Shown here: positions 1 to 11,700 of the stretch, in pieces
Layout of the letters: each line of letters opens with the position of its first letter
How positions within the stretch are numbered: position 1 is the stretch's first letter
From: Cyanophora paradoxa CCMP329
Lineage: Eukaryota; Plantae; Glaucophyta
Reading direction: 5' to 3'
DNA length: 64,000 nucleotides
Assembly: GCA_004431415.1 (NCBI GenBank)
Contig: QPMI01000493.1
Span: 1 to 64,000 of the forward strand
Translations under genes and position numbers: made by a program
Notes under the pieces: generated by a model
Told to the model about the DNA's origin: nothing
Databases searched by the model: none
Seen by the model: the letters and a program-made list of their open reading frames with translations, nothing else

Positions 1-134
1 GGGCTTGACCCGCTCGGGAGGCCAAGCCCTTGGCCATGGGCCGGCCGGCCGGCCGGCTTGGCTTGGCTTGACCGCGAGGGCCCGGGGCTTGGCTTGGCTT
101 AAGCCGACTTTTTGGCCGGCAAGCCGCACCCCTA
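1..134. mobile_element. Right end of a probable hAT-like non-autonomous element (left end outside window)
   Basis: Ends in GCACCCCTA (reverse complement TAGGGGTGC), the same terminal octamer TAGGGGTG as the element at 25731. Preceded by clustered GGCTT subterminal repeats. Partner TIR and TSD are not visible. Confidence 0.4.
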
Positions 135-159
135 GCTCGAAGCTTAAGATGGGGGAAAG

Positions 160-960
160 CTGCCGAAAGCATGCTGCATCATGGCATGCGCAGCCTGCGC
201 GCGCATGCGGCCGGCAGACTCGAGCTCCGGCAGTCCTCAATGACTCCTCATCTAATCTCACCGTGGCACCATTGAGTCACCGTGGCACCAATTGCAAACT
301 TTGAAAACGTTAACACTAGTACTGTGACAAAAAAGCACCTAGCTAGCTGGAGCCGGCTCGCCCCAACCGTAAACATCCCGGCCCACGTGCACCCGGCTCG
401 AGCGCTAGCCGGCCGCGATCTGCCCCTCGAGCCGGCGAGCCGGCTTGCTCGAGCCGGCTCGTGTGGTTGACGTCACTCAGTGACTGGTCAGCTGTCCGGC
501 TCGAGCCGGTCGGCCCCTCGCCGAGTCGGCTCGGCTCAGAGCTCGAGTCGGCTCAGAGTCCTCAGACTGAGACTCTGCTGCGCATGCAAGGGTCAACAGC
601 TGCAGACTCAGAGTCAGTGCATCATGCATGGCATGACTCAGTGATGCATGCCATGATGCATGGCCGCCGGGCATGCGCATGCGCAGCCTCGAGCTCGGAG
701 CCTCGGACTCCCGGACTGCCGCGCGCAGATCGACTCGAAGAGTCGAAGTGCAGTGCCGCGCCGGCGGTCATGATCAGCGCCGGTCACACCGGCCCGGCGG
801 GTGCCGGGCACTGCCGGCCCAGTGCCGGGCCGTGCATGCCGGCGACCGTCGCCGAGTCGGACGGCCCGGCGACGGGCCGGCGTGCCACTCACTGACTCAG
901 TGAGTCAGCGCCGACTCAGCGGCGACTCAGATCGCGCGGCTGCAGATCATCATGGCATCG
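160..960. repeat. Low-complexity intergenic DNA built from short palindromes
   Basis: Dense GCATGC, CTCGAG, GCCGGC and TGACTCA/TGAGTCA words; direct repeat TCACCGTGGCACCA twice within ~258-290; no credible coding signal. Confidence 0.6.
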
Positions 961-986
961 GATGATTCGGATCTAGACTGCACTGG

Positions 987-1475
987 TAGAGCTGTGCTCG
1001 CTGGGGGGGGCCGGGCCCAGCGGCCGCTGAAGCCCGGCGAGCGCCGCCCGTCGCTGGCCCGTCGCTGAGGTGGGGGTACCGCCAAAACCTGTCGAAAAAC
1101 TGCTGAAAACCAACCGAAAACCTATCTGTTCCGTTTAGTTTATTTCGTACAAGCTTTTAAGATGCGCGCGTACGCAAATGCAGATTTAATGCTTAGTTCC
1201 GCGAGCCATCTGTCAATTTCTGCGAGATAGAGGCCAGCTGCAGGTTGGGCGAAGCGGAGCGCCTGGATGCTCGAAAACAGTCGAAATTTAGCAAGATTGA
1301 TCGGCTACGCCGACCTACGTCGACCTTCAGATGAGAAAAAAGCGGGATGGAGCTTTTTTTGGCGCCTGTCAGCCATAAAAAAAGCTGAGCGAGGAGGTGT
1401 CGCTGGCGGAAAACGCCAAGCGTAGCGGCCGCTGGAACCTCGCGAGCGAAGCGACCACCAGCGACCACAGCCCTA
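987..1475. mobile_element. hAT-like MITE (~490 bp)
   Basis: Left end TAGAGCTGTGCTCGCTGG versus reverse complement of right end TAGGGCTGTGGTCGCTGG (16/18). Right flank GACTGCAG and left flank GACTGCA(CTG)G suggest a degenerate 8-bp TSD. Subterminal CGCTG/CAGCG repeats; more AT-rich core. Confidence 0.6.
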
Positions 1476-2219
1476 GACTGCAGTCACACTGACTCAATGA
1501 GTACTAGTACTAGTGCCGCCGCACCTGCAGCCTGGCAGCACTGAGCATCCGCCAGCTGCACTGCGGCAGGCCGATGCCATGATATCGATGATCCCGGGCC
1601 GATGACCTGATTCACCTGAAGCTTCCGAAGTTCTAAACTTGAAAGCACTAGTACTTCCAGCCTGCGAATCTGTGATCTCTCGAAAGTTTGCCAAAGTTGG
1701 ACCGTCCGACGGTCACGTTCAAGCGTGAACTTCAAGCCTTGAAGGCAGCTTCGTGCATATGCATATGATCAAGTCTTCGACCGGTACCGCAGGCAGCTTC
1801 ATGATCGATGATCCGATGATGATCAAGCTTTAAGGCTTCAAGCGCAGGCCTAGCTATAGCCTATATATATATATAGGTCGAGCAACGACTCGCGAAAGCG
1901 GCATACTGGTGCTAGTAGGTTGGAGAAGCTTGATCACCGTACGCGTGCACGGTTGAATGTCGCGAGCCACATGTACATGCACGCCGCGCCGGGCCCGGGG
2001 CCCCGCAGGCTCGCAGCGCGCGCCTGCAGCCAATATCAATGAGGGCTGCAACGCAATCGCGCGAAACGTACGCGTCAACGTTGCGAGGTGCACGTGGCGG
2101 GCCCGCATGCGCAGCTGCAGCTGCAGGTGCGCGTGCAGGATCCCAGGAGGCGCCGCCGGGCCGGCGCCCCGCCAGGGCGGGCCCCGGGCTGCGGGCGCGC
2201 CAGCGCACCCGCTGACCCC

Positions 2220-2741
2220 AGGCCGCCTCAGATTCTCAAGGCGTAAGATAGAAGCGGATCTTCTCATCACGTACGCATGCCGATGTTCCAGCTCCGGGCC
2301 CACGGCCGGCCTTCTCGACCGCAGCTGCAGCCGCGGCCGCGGGCGACGGGCGGCGCAACGTCCGCGCCTGCATGCGCAGACCTAGACCTACGGCCTGCGG
2401 ATGCAGAAGGCACCGAATTCGAACGCGCGGACCCGTACGCGTGCGAGCTCGCCGCGCGGGCACGGCGCCCGCGGCCGCACGCGCATGCACGTGCACATGT
2501 GCACAGTGTGACACGCCGCGTGCGCACGCGTACGCTCAAAACTGCCCGCCCTGTCGACTCTAACTGTGGCCGTCCCGGGGTGGCAGGGACGAGGCCCGGT
2601 CTCAGCTCTGCCGCGGCTCGACGCATTTAATCTTAAGCCATCTCCTTGTCCGCCTGCATGCGGAAGATCTGACACGTGCGTGACCGGGCTTGTTTCGAGA
2701 TCTCTCCAACTCATTTACGCGTCTCTAGAGCCTTCCGGTTG
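2220..2741 (+). promoter_or_regulatory. Upstream/5' region of gene A, homologous to the upstream region of gene B
   Basis: Aligns by eye with the reverse complement of ~46352-46900 (e.g. GATGTTCCAGCTCCGGGC, CGCCCTGTCGACTCTAAC, TAATCTTAAGCC). Function is inferred from position only. Confidence 0.5.
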
Positions 2742-5700
2742 GTGCCGCCCGTCCCGTTGCTCCTCATCGTCCTCCTCCTGCGCCCCCTCGCCACTTCCGG
2801 CGCGGCCCGCACTCGCAAGGTGCGTTTTGACCTAGCCATACCTAGGCCGCGGCCCGGCGGCCGCCCATCGCCACATAGAGGCTTCAGCTGTCCTTGGCTG
2901 TCGACCGTCGGATCTAGCGCCCCTCCCCCCCCCCCCCCCCCCCCCCCGCTCCTCCCCTCCTCCATGCCCCACCTCTCGCCTGGCCTCCCGCCTCTCCTCC
3001 TCCTCAGCGCCGTATGTATCCCACCGCCGTATGCTTCCCCCCCTACCCCCCCCCCCCAACCCCCCCCCACCCAAGAGCGGGCCTCCTGCCTTCTTTCCCC
3101 CTTCCTCCCTCCACGCCAATCCCCCCCCCCCCCCCCCACCCTACCCCACACCGCTTCCACATCCATACCGAACCCCCCTCTCCCTCCCCCTCCCCCTCCA
3201 ACCCGCCCCCCCCCCCCCCGCATCCCCATGTATTGTTTCCCTTTCCTCCCCTTCCCTCCCCTTCCCCACTCTTCTCCCTCTCTTTCCACCCCTCTCTCCC
3301 GGAATCACCGTCTTGCTACATGCGTTTATCTTGGGCAAAGCGGAACGTTGACCACGAATGACTACATCGATTCTGCGACGTTCACGCTCGGCACGCCATT
3401 CACCCTCAGCTTCTGGTGATTGCGCCTCGCGAGTGAGTATTTGAGTGGAGCGCGCTGAAGCTGCTCTCGGTGCAGGATTATGCTGCAGAGGCCGCCAGTC
3501 ATGTGGACGCGCATCGTAGACTTTGGCTCCGGAGCTCCGCAAGGTAACGGTTTATAGAGTTGATTAACTGCTGTTAACGTTAACGGGCAGACAATTTCGT
3601 TGTGGTGTACTGTCCGATGGCGGCTCCTTCACAGACGGAACGACAGATCCGCTCTAACTTGCTCGGTGCATCTTGATATTCGCTTCTTGCCCAAGCTGAA
3701 AGTCTTGCTGCTTTTCGTAACCTTTGCTTGCTGCCAGCGTCTGCAGGAAAGACTAGCCTGTTGATAAACCTTTACACTGGGGAAGCGTGACTGTTCCGTT
3801 GTTTGTTCCAGGGTACGCTCACACGACGTAGCCATCTTATATTCAATTCCCTTGCTCATTTACATGTGCCCCGTTTTTTATCCGAAGGCGACAACGGATC
3901 CCGTCGATGGACAGTGGCACCATGTCGCGCTTACGATTGCGGATGATGCGATTACGACGTACCTGAATGGAACGCTGCGGCCTCATCGAAAACGGGACGA
4001 GCGTTGCAGTGCAGCCGCTTTGTGGCCGAAGTTGCAGCGTTCGAAGCACTGGATCGCTCGCGGACTGTGGGGCGAGACGGGCGCCGTAGCATCTGCCCTA
4101 TTTGGTTTGCTGCGAGTTATCTGATGAATTCGGCCCATCTTGGTACTCAGCTCCGCTGCAGATTTCAGGATCTATTCCGCGCCCTGGCGCAAGCCCAAGT
4201 TGCGGATGTCCTCGCGGGAAGTGCGACCGCCGCGCCGCTCGAGCAGCGGCTGCGTTTGACGGCTGCGGCAATGTGGTGCGCGATTACGCTGTGTATGCAA
4301 ATGAAACTACTCGCGTGTCGTAAATCGCTCATTACTCTCAGGCGCTGGATTCGAGCGTTGGAGCGACACGCACAGCTCTACGGGACGTCTCTTTGCCGCG
4401 AAGCTGTCCGGCCCCTGTTCGTGTTCCATCGTACGCGTCGACTCTCGTTTCGCGCCGCTCAAAGTTGTGGGCAGCTTTTTCGGTCTTCTTTTGGGAAGCG
4501 CGTGAAAGGCTACGTTGCGTCCCGACGTTCACGCTTGGCTCTCCCTTCAGCGTCTCGTTCTGGGTCAATCCCCGCAAGTCTCAGACCGCATGGGCGTGCG
4601 TGCTCCCTCAGCATCGAACAGCGATTCTGCAAATATTACCGACTACCTGAATCTGAATTCGAATGCATTTCCGCAGGCGCATCTTGGACTTCGAAAGCTC
4701 CGGCGGGTCTGGCTTAAACAGCATTGTCGTCGGTTCCTGCCAAGGCGCCGTCGTGTCCGATCGGACCATCGCCAACGCGCAATCACAGCTCGGTGGATCG
4801 TTTCGTGTTCTTGCAGCCCAACTGGAAACTATCCTGCTAATGAATCGCGCGGGCAGGCAAGGGACGGTGCGCTGAGCCTAATCGTGCTCGCTCACAGCGG
4901 CAGCGCGCTGTCGTCCATCTTGAGCGTTCGGGGCGCCAACGCCATCCCGGTATATAGCCTTTATGTGTTCCTCGGACGACCGCCGACTCTGAACGCCCGC
5001 GCGCTGCAGATTGGGGAGTACTCTCACGTCACTCTGGTCTTCACCGCTGCTGAAACTCTCACCTACCTGTAATCGATTCCTTCATTTGTATGCTGCTGTG
5101 CGCTTATAGTAATCTGCGTTCCTTAGGAACGGTTCCGTCCGGCCTCACTCCAAGACTGGCAATAGGCTCGCGGGCGGTGCCGGGTCCATCCCGCAAGTCG
5201 CGCGCGAGAAGCACTACATCTCCAGGGCCAGCAGGGGAATCGGCATCGCCGACGGATACTCTCCGGTTCGTCTGCGAAAGGCTACTCGGGCGTAACCCGT
5301 TCAAGCTCACAGCGGGCTCCTCTCTCGCCTAGCCTCGCCTCACGCGTATGTATTCGGCTCCTCCAGACTTCGGGTGTACAGTACGCTCTGTCCGCAGTGC
5401 AGGCAGTCGACGTTACCATGGCGTGTGGCCGACGACGCGACGCTCCAACTCCGTTACGCCTCGACGGCTGCAATCAGACGGTACGAGCCGTTGTACAGGT
5501 TCTATCCCTGCGCATCTTACTTGGAGACAGGTCGAAGACCTGTCAGCAATGGGAGGTCCGGATCTATTGTCGGAGACGCAACTCAAATCGGCGGGCAGTG
5601 CCAGCAAAATCTTGCGCCTCCTTCCACATGTGCGCTTCTGGGCGCTTGCAATTTCCCGTCCGCTTTTGCGCGGCACCTTCATTCCGCCAACATGAGCGGC

Positions 5701-8700
5701 AGCCCTGGTTTTTGGAGCCAAGCTCCTGCCCAGCAGCACAGTCGAGCAGATGAGCGGTTCCTTGTCGCGCCTTCGTTTGAGCTGGGCGGCCGCTGACGTT
5801 TGCTTCTGGTTCGAGTCCTCTATTATCCACTGGCAACTTCGCAATGTTATTTATATTAATTATTATGTACAATGGGTTCTTGTGTGCGTGCAGGCTACGC
5901 TTCAACGTGAGCCAAGCGAATCCGAGTGCTCTCTCGCGCCTCTTTGATTTCGGCAGCGGAGTTGGGTCGGACAACATTGTGAGTACCCGATCGCGCCCGT
6001 GGCGACGAAAATATTGATTTTCGCCTCGTGTGGCGAACCGGAGATCTTGAGCTTCTGCGGTCCCCGGGTGCAGTCCCTTCGGACTCGGACTGCGAGTGCA
6101 ATCTCGCATTGTTTTCTACAAACGCATATGTACACGCGCCAGTTTAGACATTAACTTTACCATGATAGCGATTTCATGTCAAGCTTGCACAAGCAAGTTG
6201 ACTGATATCGCGCGCACTGCGCAGCCGCACAGAAGGCGGGCTCCGAGACCCTTCTGCTCTCGATGTACGACGGGACCCAGCTGAAGCAGCGAATTCCCCT
6301 CTTCCTTGCAAACGACAGCATCCCGCGGACGGGTCCTGGCACCACGTCGCGCTGGTTCTGACCCCGGACACGTACTACATGTTCCTCGACGGCGTCCCCC
6401 GCCCAACGCACGGGCTTCGAGCTTCACGCCCGGACGGGCACAGTTCCAAGCGGACCCGGACCACGCACTACGTCGGCGCCGGCTGGCCGGCCGGCTCGGG
6501 GCCGTTCGCGTACGGCGTCGAGCTCGCGGACTTCCGGGTGTACTCTGCGGCGCTCTCGGCGGCCAGGTCGCCGACGGGCGCAAGGCAACGTGCCCGGGAC
6601 CGGCCCCTCTCGAGCTGCACTACAAATTCGACACGTGCGGCGGCACGGTGCGTGCGAGAGCCACTGTCGTCGCCCTGACAAGCGCCGAGGCATCACTTAC
6701 GAGATCGCTCCAGGCGGTGGACTACTCAGGCAAAGGACGGCCGGGAACGATGTACGGGGACCTCGGCCCGTCTGTACAGTGCCCCGTGCCCGCCGCCGGT
6801 GCTTCTCCATCATCTGCCTTTCAATCCTTGCCTCGAGTGGCTTTTGAGGCCTTTCATTTTTGCTCAGGCGCTTATTTCGGAACAAGCGAAATGGAGGCAT
6901 CCCTCTTCAAAGCACAGATACATTGAGGCCCCAGCTTTGCTCTGGGCGCTCCATTATCCTGGACCTATGGTGCGAGCCCTATCACTCTTCGCTTTGTAGC
7001 ACATTGCTGAGATGATTAGACAGGGTCAAAATTCCACGGCAGGCCATAATAAGAACTGGGACCGTATCATGGTACGCTTTATATCTAGTTGTTCTGTCGT
7101 TGCGATTCCTCACTTGGGCATGCGGTCAAACGTGTAAGAATTTGGCTGCGGCAAGGATTGCAATAACATTGTTCGCCAGAGCTCCACCGGTGCGTTGTAG
7201 TACGGTGATTGAACTAATGCGGTTGCAGGTACTGAACTGGTGTCCGCCTGGAGCATCTGCACGCACAGCCACGTGCCATGTGCTTGATGCTTTATTATAT
7301 GTCGCTGTTCCATAGCAAAGGGTCATGATCACGGCTCGCAGAGCACACCAGGCACGACAGGATGGCCTGACGATAGACTGTTCACAACATCTCTGTTGTA
7401 CGAGACGATAGCCTTTAGGACGAACACGCTTTCTCAAAGATGGATACTGGCACCACTGACGTTCGTTGTCACGGATAATGAACTCCGCACGTACCGCAAT
7501 GGCAGCTTCGTGCCACACTTGAGATCGGTCAGGCTGGTCTGTTGGAGCCGCTGTGAACAATAGATTTCAGGCCCTTCCAGTATATTGGAGGCAGCCTCTG
7601 GTGCGCAGAGCCATCTGGACGGGACGCAGAGCCAATGTTTCCATCATTGCTAATTGTTTTCCGACATTTCCAGACACGGAGAGCCCATCTGACGTTTACT
7701 ACTCTGGTGCGCCTTCCTATTCGTGCTCCCTCCAAGCATTCTTATAATTATGTTATATCGCTGGCAGGGTTCCGAATCCATTCCGCGGCGCTGACGGCCG
7801 ACCAAGCCATGGAGGCCTTCATGGGCAGGCAGCCGGCCGCTCCGGTCGAGCTGCACTACAAGCTCGACAGCTGCGGGAGCACGGTGCGCTCGGTTTGGGT
7901 GAGCTTCACGGGTGCGGGCATTGTCGGCTTATTTCGGCTTCCGTGCACGCGCACAGCTCGAAGGCACCCTGTCGGCAAGGACGTGCCCGACTCGAGCGGC
8001 CGGGGCCGCTCCGGCAAGTTCGTCGGCGATATCGCTATGGCCTGCCCCCTCCTACAGAGGGTATCTTTATTCAGCCCCGATGTCGAACGCGATTCGGTTT
8101 CCATTCACTCTCGTACGGCCTCCAGGAATTCGTTTCGGCACAGCGGGAGGGGCCACAGCCCAGAGGTATCTGGACATGAGCGATTTCTTCGCGAGCCGAA
8201 CACTCGTGTATCCTTTCTCTATCGAAGTGAGTCATTCTGTTTCAGTGGCGGAAAATCGCATTTGCATCTTTTGACGCTTTATAGTCTTGGATATATCCAG
8301 AATCAATGCCGGCGGGGTCAACCGATGGTCGATTTTACGCAGCCACTCCATGTCGGGGGTAACCCATACGACTCGGTGGTCCGCGCAGGCTTTCGGCCCT
8401 CTTTTTCGGTGAATTGATACACAACACACGCAGTATTGGTACATGTGCCCGTGCACTCTCGCGAGCTGCTCGTGCCAAGGCCGCGATGGATACTTGGTGA
8501 TACAGAACATCCACACATCTGCCGGTACCGTGCAAGGCCTCCGCGCCGCTTACGGGACGTCTTTCGTGCCGGTCCGAACGATTTGACCCTCGATACGTGA
8601 TACGTCAGTAACAAGCATTCTTGACACCCCTTCTCGGGCATGCATATGTACAGCTCCAGCGCTGGACGCACCTCGTCGTCACGTACAGCGCTCGAGCGGC

Positions 8701-11700
8701 GGCAGTCTACTGCACGGCGTACAAGAACGGCTTGCTCGTCGCTACGCAGTCTGTACCGCTTCTGGCATCTATTCAGAGATCCATGGCGTTTGTTGGGCGT
8801 TCTTTCTATAGCTACCCGGTGAGGTCGTTTTTCACAATCCGTTGGCAATGATGATTGCTGCGGCGACCAATCTCCATCTTTGCGCAGCAATATATAGATC
8901 CCTACATTCAGGATGCAACATCGGCGGTGAATATGCCAATAAAACACAGTTCCAGCTCGTGTCCGTGACGCGTACCTATTCGCAGCTTTCGGGTGTACAG
9001 CTCGGAGCTCTCCGCGAGCCAAGTCCGTCTTGCGTACGCTAGCGCGAGCACCCGCTAGCCGGCCGGCGCCCCTCATCGTCGAGTACATGTTCTCCAACTG
9101 TTCTTCTACGGTTCGTTTGCAAACACCCAGAGGCTGATCGATTAGGCGATGCGATTGCGGCACAAAGTCTCACTGCTGCTCAGATAAGCAGGACAGTGCT
9201 CACCACGACCGGCGAGCTTCCTGCGGCCAAAGTTGTAGGAGATGCGAACGTCACTGCCGTGTGTTCCGAAGCCTATTCTGGTCCGAAGCAATCGGTCTTC
9301 CAGCACCGCACATTTTATCGGCGATTTCCACGGGCCGATGACGGTACTTCTGACGGCGAACTTCACGGCTGGCGTCGGGATCGCGACTCTCGACGCGGCG
9401 TGCGACGCGCCGGGCGCCCAACGGAGGCTACGCGGGGTCCGCTTCTGTGACAGACGCAGACGCGACTGGTGCCGCCGTTCCGTTTCGGTGGAGCTCTCGT
9501 ACGGCGGATCGTACGTCGTTTCCTGCTCCGTGAAAGCGCGAGGCCGCACGGTGGTGTGTCCTTGCCGTCCGCCGTCTTCAACGCCACAGTTCCCCGGTGC
9601 ATGCGCTCAACAGCTCTTTGAGCCGTGCTCAATTGCTGACTGCATACGTGTGCAGGGCAACTCCATCACGGCTCAAAATGCGCTTCTTCCCTCGGCGAAT
9701 ACGGCGCAAGCAACGCATTCTCTCGCGTTGGTGCTTGGCAATCCGTTGACTTCGAGACGCAAATTAATTCCTCCTGCAATTGACGATCGAGATCTCAGGG
9801 AACGCGGTCGATCCGCAGGAGAGCGTTCGGATTGTCTTCGCCGCTCCGCTCGCGAACTATCTCGTGGGCCAGAGGCCTGCGTCTCACCGTCTCGGATTCA
9901 TCACGCGCACCACGTCGGAATACGCGTACTGCGACTTCGATCTAGACAGCAACCGCTGTTCCTTCGTTCAACGGCTCGCCGATGTGCGCCCTCGAAAGTT
10001 GAAGTGTTTCTAGCTATCACTGGCGTGCTGCTTACCCCTTTGCTCGCTTCAGCTGCTGGCAATGCCGAGCCCACTGATTTTGCGTATTCATCCATGACTC
10101 CGGTAACTGCACTCGCGCATTTCCTCTTGTCCAACGCCGCGTGAGCTTGTGTCTCAGTGGCCGGCCAAGGACTGCGACGCTCGCTTCGCACCTGCAAACC
10201 TCACGGCATTCCAGGCACGGAATGAAATTTTAGAAGCGCTAGCTATGGTCAGATTTCAAATCGCCTATCCGCTAGCAGAGCAACTGGCCTTGGACGTTGC
10301 AAGCTTACGCAAACGCAAGCGATCTCGTCGGCTCGACCGTTGCGGCCGTTCTGCGCCCTCCCTCCGACTGCGCTGGGTTCGGCTGCTACTCGCACGCTGC
10401 GCAACGGTGGGCGACCTACGCGTTCGGTGGCTGCGCGACGGCCCCGTACGGGCCCATTCGAAGCTGGCCGGCGGGCCTGTGCTCGGGCGCCAGACCCTAC
10501 GACTTCATGGGCGCAGCCACCGCGTGGACTCACGACTTCCGCCATTTCTACGCCGCCTACGAGCGTACTTTCTACGAAGCAGTGCGTGCTCTTCATACGG
10601 CTAAGCCTGTGTCGATGGAGCCTGTCTGTACGTTGCTGAGCCCCGCCAAAGGTTTCGGGCCTCGCTTCCGCGAGCCCAACGGAAGAGTGCTCAGCGTTTT
10701 TCAGTCACTGCTCTGTTGTTGCATCTTGATTCGACGCAGGTACAACTGGGCTGGAATGCTTGGAATATGAACCTTTTCACCATTTCGGTAAGAAGCAATG
10801 GATTTTAAAAGCGTACGAATTCGTACAAATCTCAATTGTTTAATTCTCAGCCGACGGGAAGCAATGCAAACATCACCGAGCATCGCTCTCGCCACTTCCG
10901 CCTCCAGCCCGAGCTCTTTGGCTTCGCGTGGGCCACTCCGGGCGCCGAGACGTCGTCTGCAGTGGCCTTTGGAAGCCATTTCTTTTACGGTGCGTTCCCT
11001 TCGAGTTTGAATTTTGCATTTCCTTTTCATGTGGACGCTCGTATTCACTGATCATGAGAGCAGGCGCCACGAACTGCCTCGACTTCTACGATGCCGAGCC
11101 GTCCGGCCGTACGTTTGAGGGCAACGAGACGGCAAGCGACGTCAGGCGGGCGTATCCCGACATGACGTCGTTCGACGCGCTCCTTTGCAGGAGCTGCGGT
11201 GAGGCCCGGCTCTTTGATGCTTTGACCTTCTCGTTCTGTACTGAGTGTCTCTTCAGTTCTTCCAGTTCTGGCAGCGCGGGGTCGCTTTCTTCGCTTCTTT
11301 TGCCGTGCTCCAAACAGCAGCAGACCCTCTGTCGTGCCGCTCCTCAAAGTCTGCTCGCTGCCGCTGGGCGTCGCTCTGCTCAAGTTCGACCTGGCGGCAA
11401 TCGCGCCCGCCGGCTTCACCACCTCCGCCGAGTCGGTCTACAAGAGCGTCCCGTGCGTCTTTAATATCCGCTTGCTCGCATTTAGTCGCCATCCGATCGA
11501 CCACCTGCATCAGATGGCCGCAGGAGAACGGCGCCTTCTTTGCCGATTCGTTCCCTGTGGGGCCTCGGTGCAGGCTATGCACGCCGACGGACGCATCGCC
11601 GATGGAGGACCAATCCTATACCACGCCATAGTTCGGTGCGCCTCGATGATATGCGCATCCACCTCGCCCGCCTTCGGTATTCAACTCGCCCCAGGATTCC

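Noticed and set aside
5-2714. Numerous 60-150 aa ORFs in the first 2.7 kb
   Set aside because: Arg/Ala/Gly/Pro-rich translations of GC-rich palindromic and transposon DNA on both strands; no domain signal.
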